This document shows positions 28,661 through 42,455 of a DNA stretch of 64,000 bases, piece after piece. The stretch comes from Epiperipatus broadwayi (Eukaryota > Animalia > Onychophora). The stretch's first letter is position 1, and each line of letters starts with the position of its first letter. Under the pieces are notes generated by a model that worked only from the letters and a program-made list of their open reading frames with translations, searched no databases and was not told the origin of the DNA. The translations under genes and the position numbers were made by a program. Where the stretch lies: positions 21,576,001-21,640,000 of the forward strand of contig JAQFVV010000003.1 in the NCBI GenBank assembly GCA_028023455.1. The letters are read 5' to 3'.

Positions 28661-29420
28661 ATATATAGAAGTTAAGAGTCTAATAGGATAAAATGGTTGT
28701 AGTTTCATATATATAATAATATGAATAAATTTTCATGTCCTATTGTGGATATGACTTAAAATTGATAACTGCTATTCAATTCTAACTAATCTTTTACACA
28801 ACATAATTATGTTTTACACAATACAAGTTATTATCAAGTTTGCTAAAAATATAAATAGTTGTTATTAATATCTCACATTGTATTAATGACACTTTAAAAG
28901 TTGTGTATTTTCAGTCAGACTTGTTTTAATATGTTACATTTTAAAACATGTTTTTGTTGTGAAATAGATATTGAAGGTAAAGATAACATATAAATGAATT
29001 ATGGTCTTATCACATGCAAAAGTCTGGCACCCATTTCATATTATCAAAAGTTGTATCATTTTACTGTGTGTGTTTGCTGTCAGCATATTGATATTCTCAC
29101 GACCATCCCAAATTAAGTTGAAAACATTATCTTCTAGCATGTGTATCCATTTATTAACCAATAGTAGATGAATATAAACTAACTACTTAAAAGAAATTTT
29201 AAAGTTGTTTGTGATCTGAAAAAGTTTTTAAGACTCACCTATCTCATATTTAAATCGCAAATCATTGGCGTAGCAAGTGGATATATGACATACTGAGACT
29301 TTTTTCAAACATGTTATTGATAAAGTAGCATATTAGCAGGATGCCAAAATCATTTAGAGCTATTAAAATTTATCATTTTGATGTTTTGATCAAATTCTTT
29401 ATCCTATAATTAAGCTAAAT

Positions 29421-29520
29421 AGTCAAGTGTTGGTGGACAAGTGGTTAGTACAGCTGCCTTACAAGCAGTTGTTCAGGGGTTCGCTTCCCGGACTATGCTG
29501 TGACACATTAAAAAAAAAAA
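29421..29520 (+). mobile_element. tRNA-Gly-derived SINE
   Basis: gtgttggtggacaagtggttagtacagctgccttacaagcagttg..ggttcgcttcccgg followed by poly(A). Confidence 0.8.
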
Positions 29521-32500
29521 GAATAATGTTCTATTAAACATACCAAGCATGAAGAGAGAAATGTTAAATGAATATTAATTCATACTGTAATTTAATAATT
29601 CATATACTAATCTCTGAATGACTTTAAAATTTGTGTCTGGTCTGGAAAATTAAATATCTCACATGTTAATAAAATGATTAGTATTAACCTAGATGAAGTC
29701 ATTAGAATGTGTGCATTCAGATAATATGGCATAAATTGACTTGTTTGTGCATTAGACAATTTTGTTTTTAAAAAAGGAAGATACATTTTAACTCTTAATA
29801 ATAAGCGGTACTACAGAGCAATAGTTAATATATATATATATATCATCACCATCATTTGTGATGGAATATACTTATTTTTTCCTGCTCTATAATTTTTTTA
29901 TACCATTTAGTTTTCAGTCTAGGAAGTTATCTAATCTTGTACTCAATTCTGTATCAAATGTTGATTTCCAATTAAGGACTTTATAAAACAAAATATTACA
30001 ATGTTGTTGTTGTTTTTTTCATTTTAAAATTTTAATTTATATTACACTTATTTTTTTTTTTTTTAGCTTCCAAGGTTATTAAAGATATTTAATAACTTCT
30101 TATCTGTTTAAAATTTACATAAAATACTCACTAAAACTAGATTTTTAATTAAATTAACAGATTCCTGGTAATTAACCTGAATAAGGCATGAAATGTTAAT
30201 ATACAAGTAATTACTGTCTTAATTAAAATTTATAAATAATGAATTCTAATTACTACTTTTTATTGATGGAATGTTACTTGTAAGAAAAGATTTATTAATA
30301 ACTTTGGGGTGATTTTCTTTAAAGGAAAGACAAGTAATTGATAACTTTGGCTCATAATAGGAATCATTTAGTCGTTAAATGAAAGAATCTTAATATCATT
30401 GTAGTAATTTAGTCATTTAGAGACTCCCACCTCCTTCTACAAAAAGAGGAGATGGAGAGAACGATACTAACGCTAGATGTCTCTTTATTCAATTCAGATT
30501 AATTCTATTAAAATTTCACAAATAAATAAATCTGGGGAGGGGGGTACTTTCATGAGTTTAAATTTTATAACTAAAACCAGATTTATTATAAAATTATTAT
30601 AATTTTGAAGATACTGCAAATAGTTTTAAGGTGTTGGGAGGGTGAGCTACTATTAATAATTAAATTATACTCTATTGTATGGATCTGCACATATTCATAT
30701 ATTTAGATATATAGTTGTTATGTCGTTTAATAATTAGGATAACTATGCATTAATTATCATTGGTAGAAATTGCATTATCTGCCATTCTTTAACACAATTT
30801 ATTTTGTCATCTCAATTCTGAAACTGCCTTGTCAACATTAGTAATTCATTTATAATTCTACTCTGACCTCTCCAACTTAAATAATGTTGCTGGAAAAGAG
30901 AAAAAAAAAACAATGTCAAGATTTTATAGTATCTAGATATTGCCCAAACCAGCTTCATCATTTCCATTTATTTAGTATAAACAAATAATAATCAAATAGA
31001 TTTGTTTGATGTGTCATATGATATTCAAACATCTGAAATCTTTAACATCCAAATCTGTCATTGCTAAATTTTACAAAGCAAAAAAAAGTTTAAATGTTTA
31101 TTGCTTGATAGGTTATTAAGATATTCAAGTGCCAAAATAACATGTAATGCTTTAATTCAAGATTCCTTAGCTCTTGAGTTTATCCTACTACCACTATGGT
31201 ATATCTGTACAGAGCAGTATATGTACTGTAGGAAGTATAAAGATTGTTGTATAACATAAATCTGTAACATTTTTTTTTTGTCATTTACACAATGTGTAAA
31301 CATTTAAAGCATTATCATTTATTTATTTTTAAACACATTGCTCTAATGTGGTTTAGCTATGAGGTGTAGTAGCAAATTCAAGTCCTAATGTTTATGGATC
31401 AATTCTCAGTTGAAAGACATTTGCTAAATAACAAAATCTTTGTCCTTAGGTTGTCATTTTGATGTTTGGGGGTCACATGACTTCTTGCACAAGAGGTCAG
31501 ACTTAGTTCTCTAAAAATATACCTTCTTTGCTAATAGTGAAAAGGACCATGTTGATGTATTTTTTTTAATTTAGCATTTCTATTCATACGATCAGCTCAG
31601 ATTAACTCATACTTTTAGCTTCTAGATAAAAATATTTATTTATTAAACACTAGATTGTTGAATATGTCTGTCTCTAAGCCTGTTTGTTTATGATCTGAAA
31701 AATTTTCAAAATTTTATTAGTCTAAACATGAACCCCAGATTGTTGGCAAAGAAATGGTTATGGCAACCATTATAATACAGTTTGTTTAACTTTGAAATGT
31801 TAAATGCTTATTCACTTTTGTTTAGTATTCATTTAGAAGAAAAAAAAGTTAAATTATTGCTGTTTACAATGGAATAGCAATGTGCGTAAAACAAATTTGG
31901 TGCTTTAATTTTACTGATATTAAAACTATTTGAAGATAGTGTGAAGTGTTTAATCAATATTAAGGAGGATTAGTAAAATGTGCAAAGATTTTTTAAATTA
32001 AAACAAATGTATCTAATTTTATGACTTTGATTAGAAATGAAGATATTAAAAGATCAGGAGTTTGTACTTAGTCAGATAATAATAAGGCAGAGTAACAAAA
32101 ATAGTGATACAAAATTTTAACTTAAAAATAGCTAAGCTAACTTTTTAAAAAAAGTTTATTAACTCATTAATATAAAATATATATTTATGATAGCAATGCT
32201 ATAGAATCTTATATGAAGAATGTGGTGGTAACTTGAGTTTTTTAATTAAAATGTAGAAATCTTTGCATTTATGTGAATATATTTATATAAATTTTAGCTA
32301 TACTTTAAATCAGTAGATAGTGATTCTGATTGCTTGTTTGTTTGTTTTTTAAAAAAACGGCCTCATTCCCACAAGAGAAAATTTAGTTATAAAAAGAGAA
32401 TTAATTAGAAAAGAGTACTTATTTTTTAGACTATAAAAGCCGCCTGATGGCGCTCTAGACTTTTTAATACACATAAATATAAGTTACCTGGCCAGCCTTT

Positions 32501-32770
32501 CTTTATTGTCCGATTTATAGATATTACAAAAAAAAAGTCTACATTCATTATTGTCCCATTTCTTTATTGTCCAATGTCTGGTATTGTATTTGTATAATAA
32601 TAAAAAAGTCTACATTAATTTATCTACTTATTTTTTATTGGAAACGAACAGGTTATTTTTTGTTTTTGATTTTAAAACAGCTTTTATTTTAATAATGTTA
32701 CTGTGTCTGACTTTTTTGCCTTTATTGTGCAATTTCAGTATTATTTGGAGATTAATTTTTTAAAAAAATA

Positions 32771-32910
32771 CATGGAGGCATTTGAGATATTGATTTGAAG
32801 GAGATTAAAAAAATTAAGTTGGATGATTAGCATTAGCAATAATGAAATATTGAAAAGAATAAATGAAAAAAGTTTATTTGTAAAAAAATTATGAATCAAA
32901 AGAATTGGTC
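32771..32910 (+). mobile_element. RTE/BovB-like ORF C-terminal relic
   Basis: Translates to MEAFEILI*RRLKKLSWMISISNNEILKRI, resembling the RTE motif EAFEMWCWRR.L.ISW....N..IL. Confidence 0.55.
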
Positions 32911-34554
32911 ATATATTTAAAAATAAAAGAATAATGAAGAATAAAACTAATATTTAGAATTAAGTTTTTTTAAAAGGATAAGAATCAAAGCAACTATCAT
33001 CAATGATTATTAAGTATTATGACTTTAATTACCTAATTACTGATCCTGCTTTAAGAGAGAGAATTTAATATTTATATATACTCTAAGGGTCTGAGGGAAG
33101 ATAAAAATGATGATTGACTATCTAAAAAGTGAATAGTAGTGAATGGATAGTGCCTATCTTTTGGAAGCTCACTAATGTTGATCAATATGAATAAATCACT
33201 GTAAGAAAAGATCATCTCAATGCTTATATCTAAATATTTATGAATAACATTTATATTTCTGCATGGCTTTGTGCTGTTTAATCAAGAGCAAAATAATGGG
33301 CTCATGAATTAAATATATCTGGATTAAAACAACCTGCCATTTTTAATATTTCAATGTCAGATAACCCCCACCCCAAGTTCATCATTCGATTACATAAACA
33401 CACAAATAGGATGCCTGTATACAAAACAATGCTGCAAGATATTATGTCTTCAATACACAATTTATTTTTCAAGTAATAAAATTGAGATGCCGTTACAAAT
33501 CATATTAAGACCGGAACAAGCAATAGCAAACTACCACTGATGATGATAAAATTATAACTTGGATGTAGTAATCTATTACTTAGTTACTCTACTACTCTTC
33601 CCATAGAAAACTTAACTCAATAAATTTACTTTTATTTTTATTTTGTTGGATATAATATATGTATAAGTATAGGTTGCATAATTTAATGCTTATAATATAA
33701 TGGATTAATGTAGTTTATTTGGAATAATTAGTACCCTTATGTTTAATAATAATAAAAAAAGATAATTATAAAATACAAGGCTATAATTAAACTATGGTAT
33801 GAAATCACTCCTCTTATTTATATCCTGTAGGGCTTATATTTTTTCTCCAGATCTAATAAATTTATTTCTTTTAAATTACAACTTTTGTATAAAGTAAAAT
33901 AATTATTCATTTCATAAACATAAAAAAATCAATGAATACATTGAGTCTAAATATAAAAATATTAATTTAATCAATGAAACATTAACAAGAATAAAAAAAT
34001 ATTTTTTGTTTCTTTGATTTATCTATAAACATAAATAAACTCCTTTTAGCCCAAAGATGAAGTGCTCTTTTCTCATTAGGTACAATTTAAATATTTCATG
34101 ATTTTTTCGAAATTCATTGAATAAATGAAAAATAAAGTAATTATCCGTAAGACCAACTTTAGAGGTTTCCATGTTTTAATTCATATGATATATATATATA
34201 TATAGTATAAATTCGAAGTTAAAAACTTTATATAAATATATTGGTCAGGTTATTAAAATGGGTTGAAAGATAATGCATAAAATTAATCATGGAATTAAAT
34301 TTGTAGGGTGTTTGATAAAAATAATTTAATATTTTTTTAATATATGTGTGTGTGTGTTTTATTTGTCTATAGGGATTGAACAGAAGAATCAAAAGCAATA
34401 TGTGGAGGTGATAGAGAAGACACATTTCTCTAATATCATTGAATGAAGAAGCTGAAATATAATGCCCTAGAAGAGATAGCAATAGGTGAACAGTTATGGT
34501 TTTAAACTGTGATTTGAATGAATGAGATAAAGAAGTTATAGTGATATAGTGAAG

Positions 34555-34640
34555 AAAAATTATGAATTGGAGAAACCGCTATAAACTTAGAGAGATCTTC
34601 ATTCTGCAATGAAATTGATAATGATTTTAAATGGTAATGA
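34555..34640 (+). mobile_element. RTE 3' tail fragment
   Basis: aacttagagagatcttcattctgcaatgaaattgataatg matches the RTE tail at 38860-38917. Confidence 0.55.
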
Positions 34641-35118
34641 TCTAAAGTATTTTGTTCATTTTAAATTTTTCCTATAAAATAAATAATAAGCCTGGACAGA
34701 TGTAATACTTCTAATTAAAACTATCATAGATTGTTTGTTTTGATACTTATTGTTCTTTCAACAAAATAACAATTTATTAAATTACTATTTTTAGATAATA
34801 CTAGTATTGCTTCATATAGGATAAAAGATATTAAGAACACTAATTATAACTTTAATAATAATTAGGGATCATTCCATTACACATGTGTTTGAAAGATTTA
34901 AACATTTAATGAAAACTCATCTTTTGAAACACAAGATAAAGTCTTTTAAAAAAATAGAATGAATACACTCTATCTTTTTAATGTAAATCTATATGCATAA
35001 GAAAAGCTTAAACATTTGGAAATGAGAATGTGAAGAAATTAAATAATCAGTTTCAATTATTTTATATTGTCAATATGCTTAATTAAAAGTGATTATTTAA
35101 TATCTTCATGCTCTCATT

Positions 35119-35122
<4 letters not shown>

Positions 35123-35168
<46 letters not shown>
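35123..35168. repeat. (AT)n microsatellite
   Basis: Directly visible. Confidence 0.97.
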
Positions 35169-35171
<3 letters not shown>

Positions 35172-35341
35172 TAGGTTAAAAAAATAGAGCGGATTCATTC
35201 TTTTTTTTTCAAAAGACTTTATCTTGTATTTGGAAAGGAGAGTATTCAGTAATTGTTTAAATCTTTCCAGTGCATGTGTAGTGAAGTGATTCCTAGTTAT
35301 TATTACAGGTTAAAAACACAGTGCTATATAAATAAATAACT

Positions 35342-35441
35342 CATTAATTATAACTTTAATGCATCTTTAGTAATGAGCATTCCTTGTCAAATATAACTGA
35401 GACTGCTCCAGACTGAAAGTGCATTAAAGTCATATTTAATG
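35342..35441. repeat. Imperfect inverted repeat, arms of about 30 bp
   Basis: cattaattataactttaatgcatctttagt pairs with actgaaagtgcattaaagtcatatttaatg. Confidence 0.65.
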
Positions 35442-36491
35442 TTTTCAATTAGTATTTTTATTTCAGTGGTAAAGTTATCTTAGGTTTTTAAATAATTATT
35501 AATATTTATACATTCAAAGCCGAATTATGCTAATGTTAATCAAGGGATAATACTTTGTTATAGTACCATTTGTTTTAGTTATATCATCCGCCTTTTAAGC
35601 ATAAAACCCAGTGTAACAAAGTTTAAAAGATAATGAAAATCATTCATAATTATGATCAAGGATTTCTCTAATAGTAAAAATTTACTTTAAAAAAATAATC
35701 AAATAGTCATTTGAAATTTTGTAATGTTTGTGTCCAGAAGTGGCAGATTAGAATTTGATCCAGGAACTTTTTGTCTTTGAATCAAAGCCACTTAGGTAAA
35801 AAAAAATACTTTCTAATAATAAACAATTCACAAATGAATAATGATTAAGTTAATTATTAGAATTGTTTAATTCATTAATTGATGTGATAAAATAATTTTA
35901 ATACTAAGTATTTTTTATTGATTCATATTATATAATAATGTAATTTAGATGACTGTAATTTTTTTTAAATTTAAGAAAATAAAGTTTTAAAAAGATTTCA
36001 CCACAAAAAAATAATCAAATTGTTAGTTTCCTAGGAGATCACATGACCTTCATGTACCAAAAATGATAGATTGAACTTTGATTTAGAAATTTTTAGTCTT
36101 GAATTTATCATTCTATAATTATATCAAATAAAATGGGGAAAACATTTTACTTAATTTTATTTATTTTTCATCATTCAATTTTAACCTTGTCTAAAAAAAG
36201 AAGAAAGAGGAGGGTAATAATGTCAGAATTATCTTTATTTATCTTTGAAAATTTCATTTCATTTTAAAAAATAATTTTAAAAAATTATATTTTCTCATAT
36301 CAATATTTTGCATTTAATTAAAGTTAATAGATTATCATAGTTGACATATTATTAACCAAATCGTGATTATTTAAACAAATTTTATTGTAATAAATTATTT
36401 ATCATTAAACAATAAGATATATTTATTATTGAAATATTTTTTATTTATTATTAATTGCTATTCTAATGTAATTTGGCTAAACATAAAATAG

Positions 36492-36585
36492 TTTTTTTTT
36501 TCATATGTCAAATGCATTGACCAGGAAGCAAACTCAGGCAGCTGCTTAGAAGGCAACTATGCTAACTGCTAGGCCACCAATGCTA
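36492..36585 (-). mobile_element. tRNA-Gly(TCC)-derived SINE
   Basis: The reverse complement gcattggtggcctagcagttagcatagttgccttctaagcagctg..tcctggtcaatgca closely follows canonical tRNA-Gly(TCC); tail tttgacatatgA(n). Confidence 0.85.
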
Positions 36586-37010
36586 AATACTCCAAATAAA
36601 ATAAATAATTTGTTTATCTTTGATTAATAAATTATTTAAATAAATAAAAAAATTATAATTTTAATCTACAGTATAGTCACAAACTACGCAGTATCTAACA
36701 ACATATTTTCAATTGTATGCTACCCAAAAAAAAAGATAAATAATAAACAAAAATGTAAATAAACAAACAAAAAACATTAATATTTACAAATTTTATGTTA
36801 TTTAAGCAGCATTTTTTTCTCTGAGAGCTGTAGGTAATATCATAGTAAAAAAAATTATAAATTCTATCTTGGAGTACTTTGCTTGATTATGTTTATTAAT
36901 GTTAAAAGTACATACATTTTATTCTTTCCAAATTTGATTTATAGTAGTTTGCAAAATAAAATATTTTCTGTGCATAATAATGTTAAAGGTTTAACAAAAT
37001 TTTAGAACAT

Positions 37011-37080
37011 GTCAAGCATTGGTGACCTTGCAGCTGGCCTGGGTTCACTTCCCAGTCAATGCATTTGACATATGAAAAAT
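37011..37080 (+). mobile_element. Internally deleted tRNA-Gly SINE
   Basis: gtcaagcattggtg..gggttcacttcccagtcaatgcatttgacatatgaaaaa. Confidence 0.75.
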
Positions 37081-38644
37081 TTTAGAGCATACTAAAAATT
37101 GATACTAATTTAAAATCATCAAAACAATTACAGAAATTCTAATTTTTTTTGGTAACAAGACCATGTAAAAATTTATTGAAAAAAATAATATCATCCAAAC
37201 ATATTTAATAGGAACAAAGTCAAATATTTTACTAGTTATGTTTTTAAAAAAATAAAAATATGGTAGTTAGTTTTTTTTCTTATTCTTAAGCTGCAATGAA
37301 TGCATAAGTGAACACACATTCAGTAAAATATATGTAAAAGACCCCCTCAATTTATTAGGTAATAACTATATTTTTAAAAAAGTTTTTTTTATACTATAAT
37401 CATAATTTATATATCCATACTACACTTATAAAAAAGCTGTTTTATATATGTATGCATGTAGAGCTGTATATACATTTGCAACTCAATGAATAATAGATAT
37501 TGTAATCAAATCAATATTTATCAAACAAAATGTGCACTATTGTATGATATATATATATATATATATATATTACATGAGGGGGGTTGAAACAAAATATAGT
37601 GTAGTTCATGGCTTCACTATATTTGCATTGAAATAAAATCAAAAGGTGATGAAATATTATCATAGCTCATTTATTATTCATCAAACAATATCTACTAAAA
37701 TAATTTTGTAATAAATTAATTATAATAAATTATCAACATGATACTTAATTTGAATAGTCATATAATCAGTTTAATAATATTTGGCAGCAAATTATCAGCA
37801 TGATGATAACATTTTCATTCTATTTTTCAAATTGATATTTTATTCATGTGGCTCATATATAACATTTGAATATATCAATTGCCTTATTTCATTTAACTGT
37901 GAAGAGCATAGTTTAATAGATTATAAATTTTGAACAACAAATATTGTATGACTTTCTTAGTTACATTTAATGCATCCTTTCAGGTAAGGTTCTTTTCATA
38001 TTTCCTCCAGAAACAAATTCCAAAATGGAAAAATCAATGATCAGTAAATGATAATATTATTATAGTTATATCTCAGATGAGTTTTTGGCTTATAGATTTC
38101 TTTTAGTAAGGAATTTGGTCATTCACATTGATCTGATATCTTTTAACTTTATTATATTATCAAATTAATAATCTGAAAATCCAAAAGCATTTACAAGTTT
38201 TGAACCCAAATCAATTTATTTAAACATATACTCACAGATTAAAATTCATTTAATTTATTTTCAATTTTTGGGTTTAAAATAAAATGTGTTATATGTGCTG
38301 AAATTGATTTAACTAAATTATTCTTTAATTTCTCATTTTAAAATATTTTCTGATTTTTTTAAAATTCTCATTTGAACAAAACTTTCTATTGATCATAGAC
38401 AAAAAAATTAAATGAATTAATAAAAAAAAAAAAGTGATATTCTTGTCCAGTATATTTTTTTAAATTAAAAACAAACAAAAAAATATCTTAACTAATCAAC
38501 AAGTATTGTTTATTGTATAAATTATAGAGAACTTTATTCTGGACAATGGGATCAAATAGTTTCCCAAAATGATAAATCATAAACTTCATTTTTAAAAAAT
38601 AAACAATTATAATGCTTACATATAATAAATAATATTGAAAATGC

Positions 38645-38917
38645 AATATATGGGTAAGAGAACAAACAAGTGTTACTGACCTCATTGAAAATATTAAAAG
38701 ACTGAAGTGGAATTAGGCTAGATATATTGCTAGAAGAGATGATAATAGATGGACAATTGAAATCTTAAACTGGATTCCAAGAGATTGTAAAAGACCCAAA
38801 AAGAGACCACATGTGAGATGGATGGATGAAATAAGAAAGTGAATCAGAGAAGATAAATTGAACTTGGAGAGACCTTCATCCTGCAGTGAACTGATAATGG
38901 TTGATGATGATGATGAT
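38645..38917 (+). mobile_element. RTE-1-like LINE 3' end with (GAT)n tail
   Basis: NIWVREQTSVTDLIENIKRLKWN*ARYIARRDDNRWTIEILNWIPRDCKRPKKRPHVRWMDEIRK followed by gatgatgatgatgat. Confidence 0.9.
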
Positions 38918-39279
38918 CACTTTATATCACATATTCAAAAATCCAATAAAAAGAAATCTAAAATTGAAAAAAGTGGTAATTAATAAATAAATTTTTTAAT
39001 AATCATATCATTGATTAAAAAAAGTAATAGTAACCTGTGTGTAAACATGGCATATAATAGATAGATTTAAGTTATGTTTTTTTTTAAAAAAAAAAAAACA
39101 AAACTCAGCAATAATTTTTACATTATTCAGTATTTTGAATTTGCTCTATTAGTCAATATTGATAGACTTTTGAATTCAATTTGTTAAACTAAAATGAGAG
39201 ATGTACAAAAAAAAATTAAGTTAACCTAAAATGATTGCAAATTTGCACCTAATTAATTTATAACAAAATTGGCTTTGAT

Positions 39280-41190
39280 ACCAAACACAAGTCAACCTGG
39301 TATGCATGGCATTCCTCATTTTGTGTTTTGAGCCAGTTTACTGCAAATTTTTTTTTGAAACATAGCTAATTATTTATCAAAAGGTTATTATCATGTTCAT
39401 GGTTTATATCCTATATCAACAGTCCCATTTATCAAAAAATAGCAAAAGATCCCCATGATTACAAATTTAAGACCTATCTCTATTAATCCATTTGTCATAA
39501 GAAATGTTGAGTCAGTATTGAAAAATAAGTTGGAACCATATATCTTGGAAGAGTTGTCAAAAATGCAATTTGGAAAGAAAGAAGCCTCCACTGGCCAAGC
39601 AGCATTTCTCTTTAAGACAGTAATTGAATTCCTTAGGAATAAAAAGAGATATAGTCCACTAGTAGCTCAGCTAGATATTCAGACAGCATTAGACACTGTT
39701 CCTATTTACCATCTTATAAAGATTCTAGCATATACATCAATACAAAAATTGCCTCTTTATGTGCTTACTAATCTTCTCAACAGAGAAATTCATATTACCT
39801 TAAATGGTAAATAGTTTTCACCCTTTGCTCCTCATTGTTTGATACCTCAAGATTTCCCTCTAAGCATGCTCCTTGTCACATGCTATATAAATCCACTACT
39901 AACAAAAATTGAATAAGAACTGCCTGGAATACATATTCCTGAATGAAAAGCTAATATTGCTTGCATTGCTTATATGAGTGATGTGTCAGTTTTTCCCTCT
40001 TCACAAAAACAAATCCCAATACTTCAAAAATATTGGCAGAATATTCAAATGAATATAAGCTTGAATTTAATATAAAGAAATCATGGTGCCTGGTTGATCT
40101 ATACTGGGGAAATAAATGGACAATTTTTTTAAGGAGAGCTGGGTTCATTTCTTGGTTTTCTTTTCTACCTAATCTCTACAACAATGTGCACACACATTCA
40201 AAAAAAAACAAAGATAAAATTAAAAAATCATTAACTTACTTTTGAAATCTTATCTTTCACTCTATTCAAAAATATCACTATTTAATTCCCTTATTAATTA
40301 CAAAAATCACACATTTCTCTCCCATCATACTATTAAATCTTTTTTTAATAACATTTTATGTATTGAAAACTTGTTTGGGTTGGTTAGATGGCATCCATCT
40401 TTCTAAGGTGTCTTCAACAACCATTAATGAAAAATATCTTTGGACTTCATGATAGTAATATATTTAAAATACAAAAAACTATAAATTTAATTTCTTTTTG
40501 TGTAAAATTCTATTCCCATTTAGAGATTGTGGCAAAAATTATACCTACAGATACGTTAATACCAGTTACTGGATATCTTAAAAAACTAATGGCTCTATTA
40601 CATACAATTCCAAGTTTCTCCTTTTATTCATCTATAAATAAATTCAAATACTGGATCATTTATGACCCATCAACAATTAAAACATACTGTTGAAGAAACA
40701 GTATTAAAGTTAAATAAGAAACTTGAATGAAAATTCTTTGATTTACTAATCAAATTAAACCTCGATTCTCTACCTACACTAAATTTCTTCAGATTCAAAA
40801 GATTGTAGAAATGCTGAAGATAAGTGCTGGTTATGTCACAGAGATATGGAAAACAAAACTCTCTTGTCCTTTCAATGTGCATGTTTGGATATCATTTGTG
40901 CAGAAATTCTTAGGATATTTAACAAGTCAAATATTAATATAGAATTATTGTTTAATTCATATTCAAAGAAGTTTTTGCTATAATCAAAGCAAACACATTT
41001 GTATTATATGCATATGGTGTACAAGATGCTCTTTTATGTAAAATCATAACCAAAGAAGATATATAAATATATATTTTTTCAACAAATTAAAGATCTTTAG
41101 AGAGAGAGGTAAAAAGATTGTCCCACATAAAATATTTACAGCCACATGGCCCCTAATGAGACAGAACCTCAGTCACTACCATTATAAGTA
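39280..41190 (+). mobile_element. Decayed L1/Tx1-like ORF2 copy, same family as 10.2-13.0 kb and 21.6-23.8 kb
   Basis: QPGMHGIPHF, NLRPIS, QLDIQTALD, PQDFPLS, AYMSD and CWLC. Confidence 0.9.
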
Positions 41191-41226
41191 TCTCCAAAAT
41201 GACAGAAGAATAATTTAGTGTTATAA

Positions 41227-41415
41227 ATATAGGGGATTTGAACTCAAACTTTCAAGTACCCGTCAACTATCCACACTAATTCATACCACTGATACACATG
41301 ACCACGCACATGTAAAAAAGATAAATAATCACCAATATATGTGTATTTTTTGCTAAACCAGCACTCATCACTTGGTCCAGATTATTGTGTCCCATACATA
41401 TATAATTTAAGTTTG
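41227..41415 (-). mobile_element. Family B PLE-like pLTR fragment with degenerate hammerhead at about 41331-41376
   Basis: Homologous to both arms of 56094-56630. The reverse complement reads ccaa gtgatga gtgc tggttta gcaa aaaa tacacata ta ttgg. Confidence 0.8.
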
Positions 41416-42169
41416 TGTTATTATAAATAAACTGTAATTTCTACCAACTTTGAAAGTATACCAAGAAAACAATGTAATCTTGCATATAATCAATAAAATA
41501 TCTTTGAAAATAAATAGAAAGACATTTAAATTTTTAAAAAAAAAGAATTTTATTTTAGATGCACTTTATATTATTATGTTTTCTGTGTTTTTAGTTTTGT
41601 AATTACTTAACCAATAAAGCTTTGAGTTGATTTTGCAGCGTTGCTAAAATCATTTTAAAAATTAATAGTACTACTTTTTTTTATAGGAAAATCTAATAAT
41701 TTTAATGAAATAAAAATTAAATCAAAAAGTGTAAAGTATAATTGATTACTATAGTTTTAATAACAAAAGTAATGATTTTTTTTTCTTTATCAGTATTATT
41801 CTTTCAATAATAGGTACTTTTGCCTTGTGGGAGCGAGGGGCGGGGGTATTCCTGTTATTTTGAAAATATTAAAAATTGTTTTTTTTTTTTGATAATGTAC
41901 ACAATTTTTGATTTATTTTTAGTCCACTTTGTTTCCATACATAGTAAAAGTTTATTTTTAATTATTTGCTAAATAAAATTTGTCTCCTTTTTTACAAAGA
42001 TTGTTTACATCCACGATAAAAACTTTCCATATTTTTAGAATCTGCATATGAATATATCTTAGAAAGTATTTTTTTATATCAATATCCAATGGCATCACTA
42101 TTAAAAATAATTCTATATATACTTTTTCCTTCTTCTTCTTCAGTAATTTTGCTTATTCATATGTAACAA

Positions 42170-42455
42170 TATATTTTATTAAATAATTATAGTCTTCTTA
42201 CACCTTTAAGCAAATAATTTTTATTAATGTAATAACAGTTTTGATTGTCCCTGGCAGTCTTCTTTAGATCTCAATATTTTGCTCTACCTCTCCCTTTCCA
42301 CCATTTCTAAAATAATAAAATGGTGGAAAGGGAGAGGTAGAGCAAAATATTGAGATCTGAAGAAAACTGCCAGGGACAATTGAAACTGTTATTACATTAA
42401 TAAAAATTATTTGCTTAAAAGTGTAAGAAGATTGTGATTATTTAATAATATATAT
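42170..42455. mobile_element. Fold-back element (arms of about 135 bp) carrying a family D hammerhead-like core at 42357-42395 (+)
   Basis: Arms are reverse complements around 42306-42318; ctgaaga a aactgccagggacaatt gaaa ctgtt. Confidence 0.75.

Noticed and set aside
32445-32462. cgcc-tgat-ggcg hairpin followed by CTAG as a Helitron 3' end
   Set aside because: The hairpin is too short and too close to CTAG; no 5' TC end or second copy was seen.
35396-35425. ctgaga...gaaagtgcatt inside an inverted repeat as a hammerhead
   Set aside because: The core lacks one nucleotide and stems I and II do not pair; kept only as an inverted repeat.
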